Assembly: GCA_964035545.1 (NCBI GenBank)
Contig: OZ037769.1
Coordinates: forward strand, 14,166,633 to 14,230,632
Direction of reading: 5' to 3'
DNA length: 64,000 nucleotides
Source of the DNA: Bugula neritina
Lineage: Eukaryota > Animalia > Bryozoa
How positions within the stretch are numbered: position 1 is the stretch's first letter; every line of letters starts with the position of its first letter. The translations under genes and the position numbers were made by a program. The notes beneath the pieces are model-generated. The model worked only from the letters and a program-made list of their open reading frames with translations, searched no databases and was not told the DNA's origin. This document shows positions 1 through 38,700 of the stretch, one piece after another.

Positions 1-79
1 GTAGTGTTGCATTGCAAAGTAGAGTAAAGCTCATTATTTTATAAACTTTTTAGGTAGTATTTTGGCTTAAATTACGCAC

Positions 80-4287
<4,208 letters not shown>

Positions 4288-4318
4288 ATTAACAGGTTAT
4301 GAACAAAATGCTGTCCTG

Positions 4319-4551
<233 letters not shown>

Positions 4552-4625
4552 CCTCGTGACTTGCCTTTACCTGAACCTGTATTGCAGGTTTATATAAGCT
4601 CACGCAAAATGCCACGTTCTCATGA

Positions 4626-7271
4626 TGTAAGATGATCTGATGTTGCAAGCTACAAGCTAGCAAGTACTGAAGCTACTGACAAGTGATAGCCGAAGGAAAG
4701 CCAACAAGGAACACTCTGGAGCTTAGCCTGGTAGGTTACCACCACATGGCACAGTCGGCAGGATATTGAGGAGACAAGAGTTGCAATAGAGAGGTGTGTT
4801 GCGTAGAGTCCACTATATTTGGGAGAAAGAGCTGAGAGGCTTGTTGAGAAAGGTGGTGAGTGTTGACTTTTGAGCAATTTATAAAGAATACTAATAGATT
4901 CAGAATAAGAGTGACTGCGAAAAGAACTGAGAATTAAACTTAAAGAGACACGGATGCCCAGAGATTGAAACTGAGAGTACAGTGCATAATCACGAGATAG
5001 CTACTTAAAATTAAATTGTTTTATTTACTCTATTAAAACTGCTTAAGTGTAGTATGGCTCATGAAGACATCAAATTAGACCTTACTGCTTTTCCTAAATT
5101 AAAGTTGGATGAAAGCAACATAACCAAATCTTGGAACTCATGGCTCATTCAATTTAAATTGAGTATAGAAGTTACTTCCCTTAATGCAGGGTTTGAAGTA
5201 GTAGGGGATGAACAGGTTAGCAGATTTAGAGGTAGGAGAAAGCTTTTAGCTCTGTTAGGAGCTGTAGGGTCAGAAGGTCTTGATACTTTACAGTCATTAG
5301 GTTTTGATTTGAACAATAACTCTGATGATGGATATGAGTTAGCCTCAGACTTACTGCAATCTCACTATGATAGAGATGATACATTTTATGTAAAAACCAT
5401 GAAGTTTGTCACTGTGACCCAAGCTTGTGGAGAAAACGAAATTGATTATTTGCTAAGAGTTGAGAAGCTAAGTAGAGCAATAAACTTTGGCAATAATGAT
5501 GATGTTAGAATGGGATTTGCAGTTGCACTAGCAGTTAATGGTCTAAGAAATGCAGGGTTACGTAGACATTTGTTGCAGCATGCTAACCTAAGCTGAGAAC
5601 AGCTGAAAAGGAAAAGTCGTGCTGCACATTTAAGTAAACTTTCTGAGGATGCTTTAAATGCAATCAACAATGAATGCATAGATGAACAGTCAATTGGTAG
5701 ACTAACATTTTCTTACCAAGCTAATGGTAGCTCAGAACATTGTAAGAAAAGAGATAAAGTCTTACACAGATCTAATTATGATAAGACAACTTCTATCAAT
5801 AAAGACAACTCTTTTTCAAAGAAAAAGGAGGCATGTAATTCATATCAACATTGTAGTTATAAATCGCAAAATGCTTACAAAAGTCATGGCAGATGCTTTA
5901 GATGTGACCGTACAGGACATTATGTGAGAAACTGCCCTAAAACCCCTTGCTACTTGTGCAAGGAATTCGGCCACATTGCTCAAGATTGTTCTGATAACGA
6001 AAAATACCATCACAAAAAGAGATATGTGGAACAAAGAGAAAACAGGATCGGAGTTATGGACTCCCTAAAATCAGTGAAGTTTTCTAAAAAGAGTGATGTG
6101 ACTTATAATCACAATGTCAGTCCTAAGATAACAAGGACTTTACTAGTTAATGGTAGGCGTGTAGAATTCTTGCTAGATACTGAGTCTGAGGTTTCTACAC
6201 TTACTGAGGCGACTGCAGAAAAGTTGAACATTAAATTAAAGGAACCAGATAAGCATATTACAGGTGTTGATAAGTCTTTGGTGAATGTGCTAGGCAGAGT
6301 TAAGGTTTGCATTGGCTACTTCAACAGATTTGTGGATACCAAGATTTATGTATTGGCAAACTCTACTGAAAATTTGCTTGGTATAGCTGATATTACTAGG
6401 TTAAAATTGCTGGATTTACAATGTTGATATAAAACGATACATGTGTGTTGTAGATATGGAAAAGTGTGTTGATGTTCACTGTAATGATATAAACACATTA
6501 TTGCAGTGGAATACTAAGGAATGACAGGCAGAAGCAGTTACCAATAATGTTGTCTGCTTCCGTGAGTTTAACTCATGGAAGACTCTGTAAGCCGGCGAGA
6601 GAAGTCAGTTGTGACCCTCGCTGTTGCTTCACGGGGTGTGAGCCGAGTGTAGTCTATATGCAGACCCTCGACATCTCACTTTCAGATAATATGATAAATG
6701 TGAGGTTTGACCTCAGTACTGACATGACATCATCAACATTGCCACTAATGTTGTCTGCTCCTGTGAGTTCCTTAGTTTAACTTATAGAAGACTCTGCAAG
6801 CTAGCAAGAGAAGTCAGCCTTGACCCTTGCTGCTACTTCACTTGCAGATAATATGATAAATGTCAAATTTGGCATTGTTCTTCCCAACAGTGCTAGCAAT
6901 GCGAGGAGGTGGGATTCGACATCTAGGACTGAGCCACTTTGAACCACTTCATAATAAGTTTAGGTATTCAAGTGTATTAGTTGAAAGCTAGTTTTGTTTG
7001 AATTGATTGCACTTCTCTTTTAAAAGAAAAGGGCATGTGGAATTATTAGCATCATGATGATGATAATATAGATATGTGTTCTGGCATTCTGAAAATGTGC
7101 TCTTGTGCCCTGCTTCTCTTTTGTTAGGAGGGAGCATGTAAGATGATCTGATGTTGACAAGCTACAAGCTACAAGCTAGCAAGTACTAAAGCTACTGACA
7201 AGTGATAGCCGAAGAAAAGCCAACAAGAAACACTCTGGAGCTGGAGCTTAGCCTGGTAGGTTAACACCACA
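4626..7271 (+). mobile_element. Non-autonomous Ty3/gypsy LTR retrotransposon (gag + protease only)
   Basis: LTRs 4626-4746 and 7137-7271 (TG...CA). 5-bp TSD CATGA at 4621-4625 and 7272-7276. PBS TGGCACAGTCGGCAGGAT at 4747-4764 resembles the complement of the tRNA-Ser 3' end. PPT AGGAGGGAGCA precedes the 3' LTR. No RT, RNase H or integrase seen. Confidence 0.92.
5054..6427 (+). pseudogene. gag-protease ORF with a single in-frame TGA at 5594-5596
   Basis: ORFs 5054-5596 and 5924-6427 share one frame and read through apart from one TGA. Two CCHC knuckles (CFRCDRTGHYVRNC, CYLCKEFGHIAQDC). Protease motif is LLDTES (DTG altered), followed by NLLG. Confidence 0.85.
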
Positions 7272-9079
7272 CATGACACCGTGCATGCAAGCCAAATTGA
7301 CTTCAATATCCCAATGATAATTTTGACATTTGCCTTTAAAATGTAATTTATCAATAAGTTTGCAATAATTTCTAAAATTTGCCAAATAAATTTGAACCTA
7401 TTAATTATAGATTCAACAATAGTTTCCAGTACAACCAAATAAAACCTGCATGAACTTCTAGCTAAATATATTACCTTTCCTGATGTGTGCATACTATACG
7501 AGTGGAATAATCATAAACTACTACCTTGAAATAAGCTGCATCCTGTTTACTTATTATTACAATCGTAGAACTTATCAATAGACTACATAACGTAAAGTAT
7601 TGATGTATTATAAGTAATCACCTACTAGCTACCTTATTATAGCACACAGTAATAGCCTTTATGATGCTTTAAGCTGTAATTAAAGCTTCTATAATTATGT
7701 AACCTCGCCTTGAATATTACCTAGATATAAAAATTGCTGAGTTGAAATACCTAATTTCTTTAAGGGTAATGCAAAATCATTTATATTATAAGAAACGTAT
7801 ATTTTTATGAAGGCATTATGTATAAAGCTAAATTATAGGCAATGGAGACAGAATAAAGGTAATTCATATTATAGGCTTAGTGTGTTTGGAGTTTGGAGCA
7901 TTGACTTATAAAGTTATAGCAATAATAATAATATTGTAGAAGCCATGCAATCATCCATTGAATTTTAATCATAACATAGTTTGGCTAAATTGTAGGCTCT
8001 TATAGGTTTATACCAGCAACTCACTCTTTAGCATTAAGGAAATTCTTAAGAGGTTGTTGCTTTCTTATTGTATTCAAGTAAACTTTAAATACAGATTTTG
8101 TGCATGACTGATATAGAAGGTTCTGGAACTACAGAATAAATGGCCTGTCAAATTAAGTTTCTAATTATTTAATCCACAGGGAAGTTACAATTAAAAACAT
8201 ACCGAGCAGTGAAAAGAAAGCTTATGAAGTCAGACATCTTTATATCAAAATTAAACTTGAACTACAAATAGAGCTACTGTAATCCATATGCATGTATTGC
8301 TAGTTTAAGTTTAGTTCGTTATTTCTTCATAGTTGAATATGCAAATATTTAACTAGCTTTGCAGACGTTTGAGCAGCAAATACAATGTAATAATAGTCAC
8401 AGGGTGACAAACAATTGCTGCCAAATTGGCATAAATACATATAATAGGGTTGCTAGCAGCATGGTTGAGTTTATTCAAAGGGAGATTTGTTTACAAGCAG
8501 CATTCAGTATGACCTATAGTTTGGGGTTTAGCAACGCCTACATTTCATACACATATAAATACATGAGCCCACAATGCTATAAAATATGAGACTATGCTAT
8601 ATATAAGATATAAAGCTATATAAAAACATATCATTTCTATATCAAAAACATAATTATGATACAGCAAAAGTATAACAGTGTAGTATAAAATATACCGCAA
8701 AGCATAAAATAAATAGAAAATTATAATTACTAATTTTTATATTATGCAAAGTCTTGACAATGAAACTGTCTCTACTGCTGATTTGTTTAACGTATAGCTA
8801 CCAGTCCTCAATAAATTATCACAAGCCACTTTATAAAAGCAATAAAAATAAATTGACTTATATTTATAATATATTTCTATCATCATATAATATTTTTCAT
8901 ACTTATATTATTATCTTATTTCAAACAAAATTATATCTCAAAATCTAGACTCTGCAAAGATAAGTAAGAAGAGTAAAATATTTAGAATAAAAATCAATCA
9001 AATCCTGAGTCATTATGTTAGCATTTTATAGAGATTGTTTAATATTTCAGAGTTGTCTTATCTTTGAGATTATAGCTTT

Positions 9080-29672
<20,593 letters not shown>

Positions 29673-29795
29673 CTGAAGTATATAATAGGCTATACTAGAA
29701 CAGCACAACGAATAGCTATATGAATCTATGGGACATACTAGCCCCCACCCCACGTTATAGTAGAGGGGGGCAGAGCTAGGGGAAAGGAAATAGTT

Positions 29796-29908
29796 CTATA
29801 TGCAGCTTCGAGTTGGGGGTGACTGAGTGCAGGAGTTGGGGCCCAGCTTCAAACTCGAGAATCGCAAACTACTGCACTCAGTCACCCCCAACTCGGAGCT
29901 GCACATAG
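29796..29908. repeat. GC-rich inverted repeat / small MITE (~42-bp arms)
   Basis: CTATATGCAGCTTCGAGTTGGGGGTGACTGAGTGCAG...CTGCACTCAGTCACCCCCAACTCGGAGCTGCACATAG. Confidence 0.8.
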
Positions 29909-32239
29909 TAGTATTCTATACGCATTACTGAAGGTACAGTGCATTAACAAACCTACAAAACAGCTTTATCACTAGCAAGACTGTATTTTACACCTATCAA
30001 CAGTTTGATCTAAAAAGCAACATAACTAACATAATGTAACTGACGTAATTCATACTAACACAATGTAACTAACACAATTCATACTGATACAGCACAACTG
30101 ATGCAGTAAACTAAATACAACATGACTAATACAACATGACTAACTCCCAAAGTATGATTATATAAATAAAGTAAATAACCAGAACTCCTTACAAGGTATT
30201 TCCTAAATTAAGTCAGCTAACCACTTTACTACGTCTTACAGCACACAAATATATGTAGATAAACATAGTAGTTGACTTAGGAAGGAAAGAGAGGAAATTA
30301 TAGAGGAAATGACCGGCTCTTGTAGTGTAAAGGAATGAAAACACTAATGGCTGCTAAATTCCTTCTGATGAAATTTAGTCAGCATAAAAAAATTCAAGAC
30401 CTTTTCTCAAATTTAAACCACATTCGGCAGCACATTAGGCAGCACGAGGTAAAGTTGACAGTGAAGAGCTGATGAAAACCTACGTATGAAAAGCTGTATG
30501 CAGTACACACTATAGTGCCAATCAGCATTGCTAACTCACAAAACCTTTTCAACATTTAGTTATCTTGGGGTATAGCTTGTCTCACTCAAAACATATCTCT
30601 ATATCAGATAGTTATTAGAATTAGTTTTTACATGTAACTACAATATATACCAGACAAAGTTCTACCTTTACATACAAGATTTGTCAGATAACTTATACAA
30701 ATCTAGTAAGTATGATAATAATTGTATAATATTTCCGATATTTTACTATAAAAAGTGACTAGAAGTCTAGCCTATGTTCTCTCCTAGCTGTTGTAGACTG
30801 AGACATGTAGATCTAAGCTTATAAAAAGATTAACTAAGTAAAAGCAAGCTTATTAATAAAACTAAGTAATACATCATTACATATAGAATACTGTAGATTA
30901 GGTCTAAATGTAAATAATTAATATATCTATTAGATAACATCTAATAGAGAATTATTCACACCTACACATAAAAATGAACAACTGAGGTACCTGCCAACGT
31001 CCCGAAATGCTGGTTAAAAAGTGAAGATACTCAACTAAGTGCCATAAAAATTAAGCTCAAATATTTACAGTTTCCTGCAGTGAGTTGAAAGCACAGCTGC
31101 TGTTAAAGCTCTCACAGATATAACTGCTGTTTCTATGCTATTTTAATTTTCGGCAAAAATAGTATAATTCAATAAAATAGAATAAACAAGTGCTTGTGGC
31201 ATGCGGTAACCCATAGTAACCAGCTAGCAATGCTACTCATGATTGCCATCTACCTTGACAATGAAGGGAGAGAAAGGAATGTAGGGTTGCAAGCTAATTA
31301 TTGCAATGAGTAGGGGAGGTGGCACACCCTTCCCTATATATTGAAGGAGGTACTAAGGCTAGCTGATGCGTGATTGCGTGTTGTAATGTAACACGATCTA
31401 CAAAGAGATACCTGAGCTAATAGAATGAGTGACTACAGTGCTGTATGACTCAGGGCTAACAGTTCGAGATACAAATTAGTGTACAATTAGAGCAGCTGGA
31501 AAAAGCTTTAATGTAAAAAGCTGCATAAAAACTATAAAAACTATCAATCCGGTATGTCCCCGAAGTCGTCCACTCATAAATTTCTGAGGTTATGAAAAGA
31601 TTGAGAAAAGCCTGTGTTCTAGACTAGAAATGTAGTTCATTTCCTAGAGAATTTTAACTTGCACCCAACACAAAGTTTACTAGGGAAATTAAAGAACTTA
31701 GACTAATAAAATTTCTCCATTACTACACCTAGTCTTTTGTCTATTTTAATTCTTCTACCTGCGTATAGCATAAAATGCTATTCCGTTCAATTTGCTATAA
31801 CTTTCCCAAAAAACCTTAACAAAACTTAATTGCAATTTAAATTATTATAATAAACATGAATAAACATACAAGGTACATATAGCATTACCATTTTACAAGC
31901 TTATAGCATCGGCAGTAAATATGTAGAAGCTCTTTTATCATATTGATCAGCAGCAACACCCTTCCCTAACTTTATATCATAGCATTTCTCTAGATTTCTC
32001 ATAACATAACAACCACTGACCTTCCTAAGATTACAGGAAATGCATTTGCTTACAAATCTAGCTAATTATGCATTCAGCAGTTTCAAAATAATGCATACAT
32101 TGTAACAAACAAGGTGTGTAACACACTAAACTATGTTTCTTCTCTTCTTACTGTATAGTATATTATAATGTATAGTGTAGACTGTATAATATAATATAAT
32201 GTATATTACATAATGTATAACGTATGCTGTATATTATAT

Positions 32240-32916
32240 GGCGGACTACCCATGAGCACACCATGTTCCAAATACAAGAAAGGTAGTTTAAGTTTTAATA
32301 TTTTTATCCTGATAGGTGAGAATGGTAAAATCCAGATGAAGAAGTACAATTCAGAAGAGAAGGAGCTAGTACTTAGAAGCACACGGTTCAAATACCTAGG
32401 TACCACGGTCCACCAGGAGGAAGGTAGAGCTGCGCATCTCTAAGGTATAAAGCAAATGGCGTGAGTACTGTGGGACAGAAAAATGCCAACAAACTTGAGA
32501 GTCTTCATATTTAAGACTGCCATTCGCCCTACTCTAACATATGGAAATGAGACCTGGCCTGTTGCAGGAACTCTGGTAGACAAGGTCAGCATGGTAAGGT
32601 ACTGGAGATAACGACAGAAGGAAATATTATGCCAATCAGAGAGGTCTTGAGAAAAAAGAGGCTGGAATGGTATGGCCATGTTCGTCGACTCGAGAGAGAT
32701 GAGGATATCAGGAGCGTATATGAAATGAGAGTAGAAGGAAGCAGAGGGCGTGGTCGGCCAAAACAATAGTGAAGCGACACAATCAAAGCTGACCTTCAAT
32801 GGCTAGATCTAGACCTGAATGACACAAGTGACCGAGTAAGATGGAAAAGTCTGGTTCACCTGGGGGTTAGGCAAAAGTCTGCCACCTGATCAGGAAATGG
32901 TGGAGAAAGGCGAGGA
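32240..32916 (+). mobile_element. Degenerate RTE-like LINE 3' fragment
   Basis: Broken frames give RFKYLG, LTYGNETW, RLEWYGHVRR, GRGRPK and DRVRWK, typical of the RTE RT C-terminus. Confidence 0.8.
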
Positions 32917-35855
32917 ATTCATTCAAAGTCATACTACTTGTATTAGGGAAGATTAATTATGCAAATCAAGAAAAATATGAGTAAATAAAAAGTTTATATG
33001 AAAGTTTAAACACATTTAGAGAAAAAAACACAAAATTAAATTATGTTTATCAAATCTAGGCACATTGTACCCAACACTCATTTGTTTTATTTTCTAGTTG
33101 AACCAATATTTTGAAAGATAAATTTCGAGAATAAAGCCATGTTATAGCTGCATCTACCCGTTACTGTATATCTATTTCACACAAACTAGCATAATACTCG
33201 CACATAAACAAGTTTGAATCCATTCAAGGAGCTCCCTAGAAATACACAGAAAAAAAGACACATCTATATAATAATAATAATGATAATTATCTGATGAATA
33301 TAATATAAAATATAACATTATAATAAACTCAATATTATCAATTATAATATAATTAAACTCAAATCTGTCCTAAGCCAAAGACCTTTTATCAATTAGCTAA
33401 AACTGTAAACTCACCAACAGCTGTTAGACTAGAGCCCTGTTGGATGTTATAACAGAATACCACTACCTTACCCAACACTCTAGCACAGTACTATAGATAC
33501 TAATGTGTAGATAGCATTATGTATGCAGCACACACATGTAATATAAATATATTATAATATAATTACATTATAATGACTAGACATCAACCATAGATACTTA
33601 GTTACTAGAGCTGAGCCAGTCAGCTGTAAAATAGTAATAGAGTTAGAGCATAGAGGTGGAACAGTTCATGCTAAATTTAATAAACTCTTTATTTGATCTG
33701 ATACAAAACTACACTTATGTAAAATTTTGCTCCTTTTCCTACTGTATTCAAATATATATTGTTGCAGTAGTATAAGTATTTGTGTTACTATACATATATA
33801 AACAGCCAGTTTCTATGAATTGTATTGTTTAATTTTAATTAGTTTCATTAATTTAATTTTTAATGAATAAAAACAAAAAAGCTGTAATAAGATGCTAGTT
33901 AATTAATCTAGTGCCTCAAACTTCTACTCAAAGGAAGTCAGTTAAAACTAAAAATAGAAAATCTTCAGAAAGTAGTATGAATGCTTTCATGTTTTTGACA
34001 ATATTATATAGATTTTTACCTGCTACTTTTACCTGCTATCTTTGATACTAATATATCAATCAGGCAATATTTCATGTTGTTGAATAACACTTAACACTAA
34101 AAACACACCATTCAAATTTTACTCAACACGCATTAAAAATTTATTCCCAAATGAAGAAATAACTTTAATTTTTTCCTAAACTTAGATATTAGAGTTTTCA
34201 AGTTTCATACTTTGCTATGCTTTCACCTTCATGCATAGATTAGCATACATGTAATAGCATGTATTATATAATATCATATCTAAAATAATACAATAATAAA
34301 TATAGGAGATAAATATATAATAGCATATATAGAGTATTATGGTGATATAGGATATGCATATAATAGCGTATATAGATTAGCATATATATAATAGAACATG
34401 TATATGAATAATACTATATATAAAATATAACATGCATATAATATTGAATCACAGAGCAGTAACGAAGTACTGAGTAAGTGTATGACATTATCCTAGAAGT
34501 AGATCAATGAGATAAGAATACAGGTTATGGGAATATTACTGGGGTTTTAGTACCTCATTACAGAGTCCATCAACCACTGATAATGTCTTAATAGTAACTA
34601 CAATTAGAAGTAGTATTAATTGCTTGTAACAATCCACTACATGTTGCCCAGTGAATTCACAGCCTGGTGAACATATGTGTTACACTGCTGGACTTGCTAT
34701 AGTTACTAGAGTGCTTACCAAAACTAAACAGATAATGGTGAAGTGTAGTATCTGTTTTGGAACAAAGTTTTAAAAATATGGAAGCTAATTTAGAGTTCCT
34801 AGAGCAAGGTTCAAGTTACCAAATTGGCCACATGCAAAAACTTCATGACGAAAGAACTTAATTATAATTTATTAATTAATTATATAATATAATAATAAAA
34901 TAATTATGATAAATGATCATAAAAATATTATTGCATAAAATCTTGATCATTTTATTTATTTAATATATTTTATAGCTTCTCTTGAAACTATAAATAATAT
35001 AATACTCAGCAAATGAGATATGAGCAATTTCAAATATTAGAGGATAGTTAGTGACTGTGAAGGGGCACAGGAGTGGATGGTAAACAGGGGTACTTGCAAA
35101 CAGCTCGAATTTCATACTATCCAAGCTTTAGCTTAGGATCTAGGAGGCGCAGGGACAGGTTAGGGCTTAAGGACAGACAAGAGCACATTAGGAACCAGGG
35201 CAAGCCTGTGTATGCTACTACATACTTAAATATTTACTGTTTCAACTCCACGGGACTAAAATAAAATACACATGCAGCTCAGAACTTATACTTTATATAC
35301 TGGATTAGTTTAGTATGCCAGTGTTATCCCAGAACGAGAAAACCAGTTTTCTAGCATCCATTCTAACAAAAATATATGACCAGCCTGGTGTATATATGAA
35401 AAGAGACGTAATGGTTTACTAGCCTAGTTTTCGTGCCCTTCAAATGATAGGAAATAACATGTAAAGTTCAACATACTAATAAGTAGCTATTCAAATTTAC
35501 AAGCTAATAAAAAACTACATGGCTGGGAGTTTGAGACAGTTGTGGTAGCTGTCAGCTCATATTCAGAGTAGCATGAAAAGATAACTCCTAAATAATACTA
35601 GGGAATCGTGTGACCACGCTGTAAAAATCGTCATTGCTGATAATATTGCACAACAAATGTACTTTCTTAATGAAATAATATTTTTGACACAAGGTGAAGC
35701 TGAATGTAAAATACAATTTTTCTAAATGCAAAAAAGAAAATCAAAGAAACCATGAATATGTGTGATTAAACAACAGAAGTTGTGAACAGTCAATACACTT
35801 CACACATAAGACATCTTAAAAAGCATTGTGAAGGAAATAACAGTGTAATACGTAC

Positions 35856-35943
35856 CAGTTGAGTCTGATAGTCTGAGTAGATAGTACAGTGCATCATCTA
35901 GTCTGTTTGTCAGGCTATTATTCTTCCTGCAGAATGCACTCAT
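35856..35943 (-). CDS. Putative first coding exon of a long KANK isoform
   Basis: ATG at 35943 with an upstream in-frame TAA. Encodes MSAFCRKNNSLTNRLDDALYYLLRLSDST. The phase-1 donor G|GTACG matches the phase-1 acceptor at 29672. Confidence 0.4.
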
Positions 35944-37061
35944 ACTCTTTACCTGCAGAGTATTTCAGTAATTTCAGACTCATATACAGAGTATTAGTAG
36001 GGGAAAGGGAGGAGGGGGGTCAACAAGGAAAGTACACTGTAGTTTGAATTCATAAAATATTCAGTTTAGGTCTATGGGCTATAGTATGTAATAAAGACGG
36101 TAAATTCTATTCTATTCGATAAGGTAGAAATATCACGGTAACTTAAGACTAATCTTCACTTGCTGAAGGATTTCATCTTCCTAAAGTTTCTCGTTTATGA
36201 ATTACATAATAGTCAGTACCACCCAACCAGATGTATTTCAATCAAAAAGTAATTAAATATTTGTACAAATAAGAGTTATTAAATAGTGAGTTATTCCTCT
36301 GAAGCATTTAAATTTAAAAAGAAAAACTAAAAACCATAAATATTTTAATTTCCAGTGCTGAAATATTTTCAGGTAAATTGGAAAAGTTTTGAATTAACAG
36401 TCAGTATTCTAGAAAACTATTAATTAAATTCTTTTTTAGGAAATAATGCAGGTAGCTCTACAGGTAACTATAAATTTTTCAACTAACCTCTTTAGGAAAT
36501 GATGCAGGTAGGTTTTCAGGTAATTCTACAGGTAAGTATACAGGTATAGGTTCAAGTGATGTTACCTAATCAAGTGAAATAGAGCTGGTCTCCCTTCAAA
36601 GTGACTAGGAATGTGTGCATGTGTGTAGCAAGCTTTGAGTCTCACATATCACTAGAAGGTTACAACAATAACATCAAAATAATAATAACAATATTAAAAT
36701 TATGCAAAAACAATGCTATTCAGGAGAGAATAACAGGTGATATGTATTCAGTGTGCAATGAGTATGAATGAACATAATTAAAGTATCAGTGAAAAGTTTA
36801 TTGAACTGTCCATGGTTATCTAATAAAACTGAGACAAAGCATGGAAAGAAAGTGGGGTCATGTTACTTGTTGATATTGGAACTGTCGCAGTGGGCATTGA
36901 GTAGCTGAACTCAAAGAACTATTTGTTTGAAAAATAAGCGGACATTACATGCGTGTTGGTAACAAATGATTGGGTTGTATAATAAACATGTGGGCGGAGC
37001 TTAGTCTGCCCAACAACTTTAGCAGCAAAACCTGAAAATGGTGGAGTCAGAAGAATTGAAA

Positions 37062-37270
37062 CAGTGCTCCTTCCGTATCTCACTAACTTCGAATCCCGAA
37101 ACCTCAATTCGTGACATAGTAGAATACCAGATTTAACTCACAGACTAGCAAAATTTGGCTAATTTGTTCCTATACACACATACATAAACTACAAAATGGC
37201 GATCCAAGCACTTTTCCTGACCTATGGAATTTGGAGAGAAATGAATCCGTGAGATATGAAGGGAGCACTG
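37062..37270. mobile_element. Tc1/mariner-type MITE (copy 2)
   Basis: TIRs CAGTGCTCCTTCCGTATCTC...GAGATATGAAGGGAGCACTG; colinear with 9979-10185. Confidence 0.8.
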
Positions 37271-38571
37271 CAGAATAATGATGTAGCTCTATTCTTGTTG
37301 TATAGCTCTAGTTCTATCATATAATCCAAGTCCTGCCCCAGTTTTATCAGATAGCCCTAGCTCTATAGTATATTTCCATCATAATAGTTATCTATATAAA
37401 CCAAAAATACTTCAAGGGAAAAAATCAAAGCCATGTATAAATTTTCATTAAAATAAATATAGCCAATGAGCTCCAGGGAAAGTTTCATCAAAAACAATTA
37501 GAGGTACACTGTACACCCTCCCCCCATTGTAACACCCTATCTGACACTCTCACTCCCCTTGTTGTATCCTTCCCACCTGTCTCACTCTCTACCTGTTTCG
37601 CCTATTTGGTTAAACTTGCTGCAAATTCTAGTTAAATAAAGGTACTCTTTTTTTAAGACTATTTCCCTAGAGAGAGAATAACTCTATACTTATATACCAG
37701 AACCAATGTTTAAGGCTCTAAGCAATGTTATTGGGGAGGAGTTTATGTTTTATGTTCCGGTAATCAATAAACCTTCATTCAAGTAGGTGCATTAGACATG
37801 CCGGAGATGGCATCAATAAAAAAACAACAGAGTAAATAAAAACGTAAAATGAATTGCATTATGAAATTATATATTATATTATATATATTATATTATATAT
37901 ATTATATTATATATATTATATTATATATATTATATTATATATATTATATGTACAACTCCAATTAGAAAAACACAATAGCACTGCTTGGTCTGGACTACAA
38001 CTACAACCTTCAATCACTTTCCAAGAAAATAAATTGATTACTGAAGTAAAGGGAGAAGCAGTTTTCTTTAGGAGTCATCTTACCTTAAAGATAGTTATCT
38101 GATGGTTTCTATTGGTACACTAATCATTATACAATTTTTTCTGGAGGTGCAGCTTATTGCTAGATGCTTCAGCTTCACAAAGACATAACGTGGAATCTAA
38201 AGTAAGAATAATATTAGTATATGATATAACTAATTGGAATAACAATTAAAACCCAATAATATAACCAATATCTATGCATTGATTCGATATATCATAATAG
38301 TAAAATATTACAATTGTGAGATGCAATATTGTTGAATATAAATGAAAAGTAGATAAGAACACAGTAGAGAAAACATTTAAATATTGAAGCAAAAATACGT
38401 CCAAAAAGTGGATTTGTTGTGAAACTAAATATATCTTTATCTTACAGCTAATTATTAACTACATAAATGAAACAATTTCATGGTGCCAGACAAACGATGC
38501 CTTACATAAAATATTGAGAGAATAAAATATGATAATAAGATAATTATTTATTGGTTAAAAGTTTGCTAAAA

Positions 38572-38700
38572 ATGGAAGGATCTCCAATCGTGTTCCTTCA
38601 ATGAAGAGGACGCTCAGGACAGGGTTAGGTGGAGAAACCTAATTGAGCTAGGCTTTCAGTAGCCACCCACTATTTGAACAGAAAGGAGATAAGTGAGGAC
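38572..38700 (+). mobile_element. RTE-like LINE extreme 3' end fragment
   Basis: Translates DLQSCSFNEEDAQDRVRWRNLIELG, parallel to 32790-32916. Confidence 0.55.

Noticed and set aside
5594-5596. Programmed readthrough or selenocysteine TGA in gag
   Set aside because: It lies mid-gag at a probable Trp codon, upstream of the zinc knuckles, and the protease motif is also damaged; simple mutation is more parsimonious.
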